Below are positions 9,216 through 18,041 of a stretch of DNA of 64,000 bases, one piece after another (within the stretch, counting starts at the first letter, position 1; every line of letters begins with the position of its first letter). Source of the stretch: Candidatus Bathyarchaeota archaeon (GTDB lineage: Archaea > Thermoproteota > CALKCG01 > B24 > DRYS01). The notes below the pieces were generated by a model that saw only the letters and a program-made list of their open reading frames with translations, had not been told where the DNA came from and made no database searches. The position numbers and the translations under genes are program-made. The DNA lies in NCBI GenBank assembly GCA_018396535.1, contig JAGTQC010000002.1, positions 64,001 through 128,000 of the forward strand, written 5' to 3'.

Positions 9216-10718
9216 ATGGGTCCTAAGATTGCTTTTATAGGCGCTGGTAGTGCTAGATGGACGAGTAGAATATTGATCGATATCTTCATGAATGAAGATC
9301 TACGCAACTCAGAGATATGGCTTATGGATATAGATGACTATCGGCTTAACATTATATCGACACTTGCTAAGAGGTATGTTGAAGAGGTTAAGCTTCCTGT
9401 TAAGATCTGTGCAACTAAGGATAGAGCGGAGGCTATTAGGGATTCAGATTTCATTATATCGACTGCTCTCCCGAAGGGTTACCTATACTATGAGACTATG
9501 AGAGATCTATCCGAGAAGCATGGCTACTATAGAGGTATCAATAGCGTTGAGTGGAACTATGTAGGGGATTATCATACGATATGGGGCTACTATCTATTCA
9601 AACTACATCTCGATATAGCTAGAGATATAGAGGAGCTTGCTCCAGATGCATGGTTTTTCATAGTTTCGAACCCAGTCTTAGAGTTAACTACGATGGTTGC
9701 CCGCGAGACTAAGGTTAACGTAGCAGGTATATGCCATGGATTCTTAGGTTATAGGGCTGCTATCGAGGTTCTAGCTATGCGCTTAGCTAAGGAGAAGCTC
9801 GGTAGGGATATAACACCATATTGTGCAGCTCATAGACCTGAGTGCTATAGAGAGGTTTTCGATCTTATAGAATTCGATGAGATAGAAGTGGAGATGAAAG
9901 GGTTAAACCACGTTATATGGTTAACTAAATTTACATATAAGGATGAAGATGGCTATAAGTACATGGATGAATGGATTAGAGAGGATTCTGAGGAGTATTG
10001 GAGAGTTTGGAGAGAGTATACGACCAATCCTTGGGATCTAGATCTATGCCCAGCAGCAATAGACATGTATAAGACATATGGCTATCTACCTATAGGGGAT
10101 AGTGTTCGCGGAGGTACATGGAAATACCATTGGGATCTTAAGACTAAGCAGTACTGGTACGGTCCGTATGGTGGACCAGATTCAGAAATAGGCTGTGCCA
10201 TAAGGATAATGCAAGTTAGAAGGAATGTCGATGAGATGGCTAGGATAGCATTCGATACTTCGAAACCTGTATCCTCAGCTATTCCGTTTAGACCGAGTGG
10301 TGAGGTTATAGTAACTCTGATAGACTCTATATATAACGATAAATCTGCAGATAGTTATGAATTACAATTCTTCGGTAAACGCGTAACTGTACCTATATAC
10401 GTGAACGTTATGAATAGAGGAGCAATACCCAATATCCCAGGAGACGTCGCCGTTGAGACTCATGTAAGAGTCGATGGTAAGGGTATCCATCCGATACAAA
10501 AGGATTCTATTCCAAGCAAACTCTACAAGTATGCTATACTACCTAGGATTACGAAGATGGAGTGGGCTCTAGAAGCAAATCTTAAGGGTGGAAGGGATAG
10601 TCTAGTACAATGGCTTATAGTGGATGTTAGAACTAAAAACATGAAGCAAATAGATGATGTTATAGACGATATATTGAAGCTTCCAGGAAACGAGGAGATG
10701 GCTAAACACTTTAGCTAA
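9216..10718 (+). CDS. Glycoside hydrolase family 4 (alpha-glucosidase/alpha-glucuronidase-like, NAD+-dependent)
   Basis: KIAFIGAGS Rossmann motif, SNP, GICHG, GLNHVIW and GYYRGI (Thermotoga AglA-like). Confidence 0.9.
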   Translation: MGPKIAFIGAGSARWTSRILIDIFMNEDLRNSEIWLMDIDDYRLNIISTLAKRYVEEVKLPVKICATKDRAEAIRDSDFIISTALPKGYLYYETMRDLSEKHGYYRGINSVEWNYVGDYHTIWGYYLFKLHLDIARDIEELAPDAWFFIVSNPVLELTTMVARETKVNVAGICHGFLGYRAAIEVLAMRLAKEKLGRDITPYCAAHRPECYREVFDLIEFDEIEVEMKGLNHVIWLTKFTYKDEDGYKYMDEWIREDSEEYWRVWREYTTNPWDLDLCPAAIDMYKTYGYLPIGDSVRGGTWKYHWDLKTKQYWYGPYGGPDSEIGCAIRIMQVRRNVDEMARIAFDTSKPVSSAIPFRPSGEVIVTLIDSIYNDKSADSYELQFFGKRVTVPIYVNVMNRGAIPNIPGDVAVETHVRVDGKGIHPIQKDSIPSKLYKYAILPRITKMEWALEANLKGGRDSLVQWLIVDVRTKNMKQIDDVIDDILKLPGNEEMAKHFS

Positions 10719-10822
10719 ACTTTATCCTCTACAGATAGATTTCCAATACGATGTAACGATAATTAATAGAGATAAACACTATATTTTTAAATAGCTATCA
10801 CTTGATAAAATCTTCTTAGCTT

Positions 10823-11221
10823 ATGCTCTCTCCCCGCTTACTATCCATCCTAGGCTTATGGATAGTAGCTGACGGTATTATAGCGATAGTCCTTGTGTAT
10901 CCTTATCAACATTATTGGCTTGTTATCCGTTTCATCAGAGTAGTTGTAGGTTTCATAATACTTGTAGAGACTCAACGAATACGAGTAAAATTACTAACCT
11001 ATACTGTGAAGAATCTAGATAAATTATACAGATGTGCTCGTATCTACACGATTGTATTAGACTCCATAGGTATATGGTTAATAGCCGATGGGTTATCTAC
11101 AGGTCTACTAGGATATACTCATCCTATACTAGTATGGCAGTTTATACGTACAGTTCGAGTTATTATGGGTTTATGTTTAGTTCTGATAAGTTTGCTCCAT
11201 GAAAGATTCTATAAGATATAG
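10823..11221 (+). CDS. Small 4-TM membrane protein made of two internal repeats
   Basis: Two copies of GxWxxADG...RxxRVxxG hydrophobic hairpins. Confidence 0.7.
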   Translation: MLSPRLLSILGLWIVADGIIAIVLVYPYQHYWLVIRFIRVVVGFIILVETQRIRVKLLTYTVKNLDKLYRCARIYTIVLDSIGIWLIADGLSTGLLGYTHPILVWQFIRTVRVIMGLCLVLISLLHERFYKI

Positions 11222-11333
11222 TAGGAGGGGCTCTCCCGTAATATAGGTTAATTTACCCCATATAGCCCTTCACAGACCATTCTACACTCAATAGTTTTAT
11301 CTATGATTTAGGTGTAATTGATTCATCTAGGCT

Positions 11334-12350
11334 ATGAAGAAGATTGGGGTTGGCGTCATAGGTGTAGGTATTCAAGGAGAAAGGCATGCAGCGGTATACG
11401 CAAACAATCCTCTATCTAAACTTATAGCTGTAGCTGATATAGATGGAGCTAAGGCTGAGCGTATAGCTAGGAAGTATGGTGCTGAAGTATACTTCACTGA
11501 CTACCATAAGTTATTAGATATGGATGAAATAGTGGCCGTATCTATAGCTACACCGGATTTTCTACATAGAGATCCATGCATAGCTGCCGCTGAAGCTGGC
11601 AAGCATGTCTTAGTAGAGAAGCCTATGGCTACATCTGTAAGTGATTGCCAAGCTATGATCGATGCATGTAGGAAGGCTGGTGTGAAACTTATGGTTGCAT
11701 TCCATAATAGATGGAATCCTGTATTCGTACAGACAAAGCTTAGCGTAACTAACGGTGATCTCGGTAAACTCGTATATGCTTATGCTAGATTAAACGATAC
11801 TATCTATGTACCTACTAAAATGTTATCATGGGCATCTAGATCTAGTAGCTTATGGTTTCTAGGTAGTCATGTAATAGATCTCTTACTATGGCTCTTCGAA
11901 GAGAAGCCTATAAAAGTTTATGGATTTCAGAGGGGTGGGAAGCTTAAAAGTATGGGTATAGATACTCCAGATCTATATGGCTATGTATTGTATTTCAAGG
12001 ATGCAATAGCCTTCGGGGAAAATGTATGGATATTGCCTGATGGATCTCCTACTATAGCTGAATTTAAACTAGAACTAATAGGAGATAAAGGGTGCGTATA
12101 TACAGATCATTCTAGAGGTAGATCTATAGAGAAGATCACAGACCGATATATTATACCGGATACATACGTATACTACGATCTATATGGTAAGCCTCTAGGT
12201 TTCACTGCGGAATGCGTAAACCACTTTATAGAATGCGTAGCAATGGATCGAGAACCTATAGTCAAGGGGGAGGATGGATTGATAGTGACTAAGATCATAT
12301 CATCCATACTTGAATCGGTAGATAGACTTGCAGAAATATATGTAAGTTAA
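11334..12350 (+). CDS. Gfo/Idh/MocA oxidoreductase
   Basis: GVIGVG Rossmann motif, ATPDFLH, HVLVEKPM and GSHVID. Confidence 0.92.
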   Translation: MKKIGVGVIGVGIQGERHAAVYANNPLSKLIAVADIDGAKAERIARKYGAEVYFTDYHKLLDMDEIVAVSIATPDFLHRDPCIAAAEAGKHVLVEKPMATSVSDCQAMIDACRKAGVKLMVAFHNRWNPVFVQTKLSVTNGDLGKLVYAYARLNDTIYVPTKMLSWASRSSSLWFLGSHVIDLLLWLFEEKPIKVYGFQRGGKLKSMGIDTPDLYGYVLYFKDAIAFGENVWILPDGSPTIAEFKLELIGDKGCVYTDHSRGRSIEKITDRYIIPDTYVYYDLYGKPLGFTAECVNHFIECVAMDREPIVKGEDGLIVTKIISSILESVDRLAEIYVS

Positions 12351-12418
12351 AAGCTTAGGTTTTAATATCTATATTAGGTGAAGTAAAGGATCATAGTCAG
12401 GTAAAGGAGGCGGTTCAT

Positions 12419-13363
12419 ATGGATGACTTTAACCCCCGCCTATTCATAGAGGAGAAAATTGAATGGCTTAGAAAGGAGATAGGATCAGAAGATGCGATAG
12501 TAGCACTTTCAGGAGGGGTTGATAGTTCTGTGACGGCTGTACTAGGCTTTAAAGCCATAGGTTCACGCTTAAAATCCGTATTCCTCGATGATGGATTTAT
12601 GAGAATAGGAGAGGCGGATAGAGTTAGAAGCATCTTTGAGAAACTAGGTATGAAAGTACACGTATACGACGTCGAACATGAATTCCTAGAAGCTCTCAGA
12701 GGGGTCAGAGATGCTGAGGAGAAGAGAAGGGAGTTTCGTGAAACCTTCTATAGGATATTCTCTCGTATAGCTCGCGAATTCGGTGTCAGGATAGTTCTAC
12801 AAGGGACAATAGCTGCGGATATCGTCGAAACTAAAAGCGGTATTAAAACTCAGCATAACGTTCTCGAGCAGATCGGTATAGATCCTCTTAAAAGCTACGG
12901 CTTCAAGATCCTTGAACCAATCAAAGAACTGTACAAGAGTCAAGTTAGGCTCATAGCTAAAGAGCTTGGACTCCCAGATGAAATAGTTAAGCGTAGACCA
13001 TTTCCAGGTCCAGGCTTATCCATAAGAATACTCGGTGAGGTTACTAAGGAGAAGCTTTCTCTGATAAAGAAGGCGACGGCTATAGTCGATGATGAACTCT
13101 CAGATATCGAATGCTTCCAAGCTTTTCCAGTTCTACTCGAAGGTATGGCTACAGGTCTTGACTCTACTGGTGGTAGAAAGTACGGGTATATTTTGGCTTT
13201 AAGAATAGTGGAATCTATGGATGCTCTGACTGCTAAATATATGAAGATAGATTGGAGTAAACTCGAAAAAGTTAGAGATAGATTACTAACGGAGATTCCG
13301 AGTGTAGCTAGAATACTCTACGATATAACAGATAAGCCTCCAGCTACTATAGAATTCGAATAG
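12419..13363 (+). CDS. guaAB: GMP synthase, ATP-pyrophosphatase subunit B
   Basis: LSGGVDSS PP-loop, IKTQHNV, PFPGPGL and DITDKPPATIEFE. Confidence 0.95.
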   Translation: MDDFNPRLFIEEKIEWLRKEIGSEDAIVALSGGVDSSVTAVLGFKAIGSRLKSVFLDDGFMRIGEADRVRSIFEKLGMKVHVYDVEHEFLEALRGVRDAEEKRREFRETFYRIFSRIAREFGVRIVLQGTIAADIVETKSGIKTQHNVLEQIGIDPLKSYGFKILEPIKELYKSQVRLIAKELGLPDEIVKRRPFPGPGLSIRILGEVTKEKLSLIKKATAIVDDELSDIECFQAFPVLLEGMATGLDSTGGRKYGYILALRIVESMDALTAKYMKIDWSKLEKVRDRLLTEIPSVARILYDITDKPPATIEFE

Positions 13364-13378
13364 GGTAGCAAATAATTA

Positions 13379-14572
13379 TCATAAGAAGCTAAGAATGATG
13401 AGCGACGATAAGTAGGCTGCTATAGCTGATGGGACTAACCTCTTATAGACTGATAATATCCCTGATTTATAGTATCCTATTGTTAGGATTAGGCATAGAT
13501 GTAGGGGTGATATTAAGTAGGAGAATATTACGGATATGTATATAGAGGATGCGGTAGATACAGACATATTATCTACGATCGCTGAAGCTATAGGGAATGC
13601 GAGAGCTATACCTGCAGAAGGCATAGCCGTCGCTAAACCTATAATCCATGTTATCGTTAGAGCTATTATTAACGGTGGTAGCTGTGAATATGAAAAGTAT
13701 GGTATAGCTGCTTCTATTAATCCTGAACGCTTCAGCGTATATCTGAAAACCATAACACTAGGTATGGCAAGGGGTATCGCTACATTAATCCTCCTTAGGA
13801 TATATCGAACCTTCTCTAAACCTATACGGTTGATAACTATCGTATAGGCTACAGCTACGATCAAAGCTAGAGCCATATTTAAACCTACTACTGTTAGAAT
13901 AACCGCGATCAATATAGGTGATATACCTAGTAGTATACGGTAGAGTGAAGGCCAGTCTATCTGACTTTTAGAGTAACCCTCTACTCTAGCTATACTACGT
14001 AGGGATGCTATGTAGCCTATGAGTATATATATGAGTAACACTGGTAGTTGAACCGCTATAAGTCTGTAGAGGCTCACACCGGCAAGTGTTGAAGCTAGTA
14101 TTATAGCTGAGGATAACGGGTATACGAAGAAGTTCCAATGCCTAAACCATACGTTTATGAAGCTCTCCTCGTCACCATCTAAACCGAGCTTATTAGCCGT
14201 ATCCTCTATCATAGGCGCTGATAGTAGAGCCCCACCAGGCATGGGTAGGCTACCCATTATAGCGGGTAGTATTGCTAGGATATATTTAGCTGGTAGAACA
14301 CTTCTAATCGATTGTATCAGTCTTTCGATCATACCTGATTCGCTCATACATAATGCTAGAAGCTGTATAAGTGCTACTATGGCAGTAAGCTCTAGAGTTT
14401 CTAGATCAATTATGGTGGAGATTACTATTTCTAGAAATTTATAGACGTTCATCGCCGATACTATAGCTATAGCGAGAGCTCCTATGAGTAATGCTAGACC
14501 ATAGTTTACACGATTAGCAACTAATACAACGACAACTATCAATGGGATAGCTATGAGTAGTAGGGGTAGCAT
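13379..14572 (-). CDS. DUF401-family multi-pass membrane protein (putative transporter)
   Basis: GSLPMPGGALLSAPM, NVWFRH and SPLHLCL motifs. Confidence 0.8.
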   Translation of the reverse strand: MLPLLLIAIPLIVVVVLVANRVNYGLALLIGALAIAIVSAMNVYKFLEIVISTIIDLETLELTAIVALIQLLALCMSESGMIERLIQSIRSVLPAKYILAILPAIMGSLPMPGGALLSAPMIEDTANKLGLDGDEESFINVWFRHWNFFVYPLSSAIILASTLAGVSLYRLIAVQLPVLLIYILIGYIASLRSIARVEGYSKSQIDWPSLYRILLGISPILIAVILTVVGLNMALALIVAVAYTIVINRIGLEKVRYILRRINVAIPLAIPSVMVFRYTLKRSGLIEAAIPYFSYSQLPPLIIALTITWIIGLATAMPSAGIALAFPIASAIVDNMSVSTASSIYISVIFSYLISPLHLCLILTIGYYKSGILSVYKRLVPSAIAAYLSSLIILSFL

Positions 14573-14813
14573 GACGGTTAAAGATGTCGAAGCATTCTTA
14601 TAAATCTTAAATACGGTGAAACATTAGGATTGATCGTCCAACCATTATCATAGTTACATCTTATAACTTCTTCTAGATTATCCGATCTTCCTTACTAGAT
14701 AAGCTTCTCTACATTATGCTAGATTGATCCATTTACAGCTTGGTAGGTATAGTGGTTCTAGATGCTGTTTAAATCTTTATAGAGTCGGATATGTTGTAAG
14801 TAGTGATCAAGAT

Positions 14814-16709
14814 TTGACGAACCCCTTCCTACGCGAAGTAATATTGGAGAATTTCATGAGCTATGAGTATGCTAGAATTAAGCTTGCACCAGGTTTAAAC
14901 CTTATATCTGGTCCGAACGGTTCTGGGAAATCATCGATTCTCCTGGGCATATCCATAGCTTTAGGTCAAACTTATACAGAAAGAGCTAGGAGACTTAGCG
15001 ATCTTATAAGATGGGGTAACGATATAGCACGTGTAACATTAATTTTCGATAATAGCGGTAATGATGGTAATAGATTATTTCCATCGATTAAATCTTCTAC
15101 TGTATCTATATCGAGGATTCTAAGGAGGGATGGAACCTACAGCTTCTATGTACTAGGGGAGGAGAGGACGAAGACTGAGGTAATAGAGCTTCTCAGTATG
15201 GTTGGTTTAGACCCTGATAATCCATTCATAATAATGCACCAAGGTACGATAGAGGAGTTTGTAGCTACACGTCCAGAGGAGAAGCTTAAACTTCTAGAGA
15301 AGGCTGTAGGCTTCGAGGATTATAGGAGGAATATACTTGAGGCTAGGAGCAAACTTTCTAAAATCTTATCTGAGGAAGAGGTTATACGTGAGAGGCTAGC
15401 TGATGCTGAATCTACGTTAGAATATTGGCGTAGAGAATATGAGAAGCTTACACAATACAAGAGGCTTAAAGAAAGAGAGGAGGAGCTTAGACTGGAGTTG
15501 GCATGGTCGAGGATAATCGGTATGGAGAATAGGATAGCTAAGCTAACCGATATGATTGATTATTGTAGTAGGAGAATAGCGAAGCTTGAGAGAATAGGCT
15601 CAGATGCTAGATCTAAGCTAATAGATACTGAGAGAGAATTTGAGAGTACAATATTCGAAGAGGATAGGCTACTCGAAAGAGTAATCGCATCGGAGAGATT
15701 CTTATCGGTAATATCGGAGAGTTCTCGTATACTCGAAAACTATGGTGGACAACTCCCCATAGAGTTAGAGAAAGAGCTTAAGAGAAGAGCTATAGATCGA
15801 GAAAGGGTCGAGGCAGATTTGAAGAACATGTATAAAGTTTATAGTGGATTGAGGGTGAAGGAGCGAGAATTGATTAAACGTTACGCTGATCTAAGAGTTG
15901 AAGAAGCGTTAGCTTCGTTCGAGGTAAATAGACTCCTAGATGAGAAGAAGCGTATAGAGGTTAGGTTATCTGAACTTCGATCTAGGATGGAATCTATGTT
16001 ATCGGAAGTAGGCGGCTCCTCATCAAGACCTCATACTGTTAGGAGTCTAGCTGAAGTAGAGGAGGAATTGAAAGGGATAGAAGCTAGGATTAGAGCCTTA
16101 GGCTCCGTCTCTGAGGATATAGCTGCTATGTATGAGAAGTACAGAGGGGTTTATGATGAATTGAAATCTAGACTTGAAATACTCTCTGAGAATAAGAATC
16201 TACTTTTAAATGAGTTAAACGATAGAATTAAAGTTTGGAGAGATGCATTAGAAAAACTACTGGATGATGTGAATAGAGAATTTCAAGCTATACTCGAGGG
16301 GTTTGGTTATAATGGTTTTGCTAAACTGGTAAATCCACATGATATAGATAGAAGCGGGTTAGAGATATATATGGGCACCCCAGGTATGGATCCAACCCCG
16401 CTTAATAACCTCACACAAAGTGGTGGCGAGAGGAGTCTAGCTATATCTACGTTTCTCTTAGCCCTCCAACAATACATTAAAAGCCCGTTTAGAGCTTTAG
16501 ACGAGTATGATGTGCATATGGATCCGGTGAATAGGGAGGCTGTATTGAAACATATAGTAGAGCGGATATCTGGTGAGCGAAGGATACAGTATTTAGTTAT
16601 AACACCTAATCCGTTACCATTAGCTGCTAAAATCACTAACGTTATAATCGTTCAGAAGGTGGGAGGGAAATCTAGAATTGGTAAAATCGAAGCCTACGTT
16701 GAAGCGTAG
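14814..16709 (+). CDS. Short SMC-family ATPase related to Smc5/6 (coalescin/arcadin-4-like), lacking a recognisable hinge
   Basis: LENFMSY, GPNGSGKSSI Walker A, MHQG Q-loop, QSGGERS signature and SPFRALDEYDVHMD. About 631 aa from the likely TTG at 14814; the ORF track extends to 14724. Confidence 0.85.
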   Translation: MTNPFLREVILENFMSYEYARIKLAPGLNLISGPNGSGKSSILLGISIALGQTYTERARRLSDLIRWGNDIARVTLIFDNSGNDGNRLFPSIKSSTVSISRILRRDGTYSFYVLGEERTKTEVIELLSMVGLDPDNPFIIMHQGTIEEFVATRPEEKLKLLEKAVGFEDYRRNILEARSKLSKILSEEEVIRERLADAESTLEYWRREYEKLTQYKRLKEREEELRLELAWSRIIGMENRIAKLTDMIDYCSRRIAKLERIGSDARSKLIDTEREFESTIFEEDRLLERVIASERFLSVISESSRILENYGGQLPIELEKELKRRAIDRERVEADLKNMYKVYSGLRVKERELIKRYADLRVEEALASFEVNRLLDEKKRIEVRLSELRSRMESMLSEVGGSSSRPHTVRSLAEVEEELKGIEARIRALGSVSEDIAAMYEKYRGVYDELKSRLEILSENKNLLLNELNDRIKVWRDALEKLLDDVNREFQAILEGFGYNGFAKLVNPHDIDRSGLEIYMGTPGMDPTPLNNLTQSGGERSLAISTFLLALQQYIKSPFRALDEYDVHMDPVNREAVLKHIVERISGERRIQYLVITPNPLPLAAKITNVIIVQKVGGKSRIGKIEAYVEA

Positions 16710-17457
16710 ATCTGTGAGGAGAGAAGTAGAGAAGATTATAGCACAGTGTAGGCTTACGATTAAGCGTGGAGCCGATCCGTTTCAGATAGACGTGAAGAGT
16801 TCTCTAGGTGTATTAAGAAATTTTCTTAAATCTGCTTCAACCTTAGACGATATCTGTCTAGATGGCGAAGCTATATACAATCTATCTACTGTGGTGGAAT
16901 CCCAGGATAGATGGGTTAAGTTTAGGTCTAGTAGACTCTTTGTAGATCCTATACTTATAGAGTCGAGGATTAAATCTATATCGAACAAAGTGCTAGCACG
17001 TATATTCGTATCATGTTGGACACCTATAGCTTCGATAGAAACGTTAACAATACCATCCATAGATCTGGCTATAGACTACTGGAATAGATTAAAACCTATA
17101 AAGAGTAGGTGGGGTAGACTACCTAAAGGCTCTATGAAACATCTAACTCTATCACCAGATGAAGCTTCTAGACTAGGCTTAATATACGATAGAAGATTTG
17201 AGGAGCAATTATCATCTATAGAAGAACAGATTAGAAAACTTCTAGCGAGTGAGGGAGGGAGAGTTGAGTATAGCATAATAGTCCGCGGCAAGGATTGGAT
17301 TGAAGCCGTTACTAAAGCTTACCTAGTAAGCTTCCTAGTTTCATCTGGACGTATAGGTATGACTTACGATCCCTCCACCGATAAATTCTATATAACACCA
17401 TACAGTAATTATGATAAGCCTAAATCGATCGCCATATCTATAGGGATTGGTGGATAG
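16678..17457 (+). CDS. Kleisin (ScpA/Nse4-like)
   Basis: DPFQIDV aligns with DPWSIDL of ScpA. The C-terminal winged helix (AYLVSFLVSSGRIGM) aligns with FIALLFLAHQGKVDL of ScpA. Overlaps the SMC-like gene. Confidence 0.72.
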   Translation: MVKSKPTLKRRSVRREVEKIIAQCRLTIKRGADPFQIDVKSSLGVLRNFLKSASTLDDICLDGEAIYNLSTVVESQDRWVKFRSSRLFVDPILIESRIKSISNKVLARIFVSCWTPIASIETLTIPSIDLAIDYWNRLKPIKSRWGRLPKGSMKHLTLSPDEASRLGLIYDRRFEEQLSSIEEQIRKLLASEGGRVEYSIIVRGKDWIEAVTKAYLVSFLVSSGRIGMTYDPSTDKFYITPYSNYDKPKSIAISIGIGG

Positions 17458-18007
17458 AGGTATGAAGTCTAGAAAGGATATAGACGAAAGGGCTAGGAGG
17501 GCTCTGCAACTAATACTACTACAAAGGCATAGGAAACCTGGTGTAAAAGGGTGGGAGCTTAGACGCTCCCTAGGTAAGAATTATCTCAGCATACTAGAAT
17601 ACTTGAATGATAAGCTCGACTCCTATGGTTTATGCGTTAAGATGGTGTATGAGGGAGAGGAGACAAATCCAGATCAAGCTAGGTTCATAGTAACTGTTAA
17701 AGATGATATCAAGATGAGTGAAGCCATATCTGCGGGTTGGCGTATAGATGAGCTTGCTATACTCGCAGCTTCGGTAGCGTATATAGCTTCGAGACAGGGA
17801 TCTGTAAGCTCTAGGGAATTGATACATCTACTCGAAGCTAAATTCCCTAGATGGTTTGTAGAAGCTACTTTGAGGAGGCTTATAAGATCAGGCTACCTAG
17901 AGCAGGATCGTGATACTATAATGATTGGGTGGAGGAGTAAAGCTGAGATTGATATAAGTAAACTTTTAGAACTCTTAGTTAGGATGGATTTTGAAGGTAT
18001 AGGTTAA
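17447..18007 (+). CDS. Tandem winged-helix KITE protein (Nse1/Nse3-MAGE-like)
   Basis: Two winged-helix-sized halves. LIRSGYLE...IGWRSKAEI resembles the MAGE/Nse3 C-terminal YL...WGPRAxxE motif. Third gene of the operon. Confidence 0.65.
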   Translation: MVDRGMKSRKDIDERARRALQLILLQRHRKPGVKGWELRRSLGKNYLSILEYLNDKLDSYGLCVKMVYEGEETNPDQARFIVTVKDDIKMSEAISAGWRIDELAILAASVAYIASRQGSVSSRELIHLLEAKFPRWFVEATLRRLIRSGYLEQDRDTIMIGWRSKAEIDISKLLELLVRMDFEGIG

Positions 18008-18041
18008 GTTAAATAAGACATACGTATATGCTAGTATAGGT

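Noticed and set aside
14724-14813. N-terminal 30 aa of the ORF-track SMC-like protein
   Set aside because: It overlaps TATA-like sequence and precedes the usual first strand of the head, so TTG 14814 is the more plausible start.
14814-18007. Wadjet (JetABCD/MksBEFG) or Rad50-Mre11 interpretation of the second SMC operon
   Set aside because: No Toprim/JetD, Mre11, HerA or NurA gene is adjacent, there is no zinc hook, and the gene order and head motifs fit Smc5/6 and Smc-ScpAB better.
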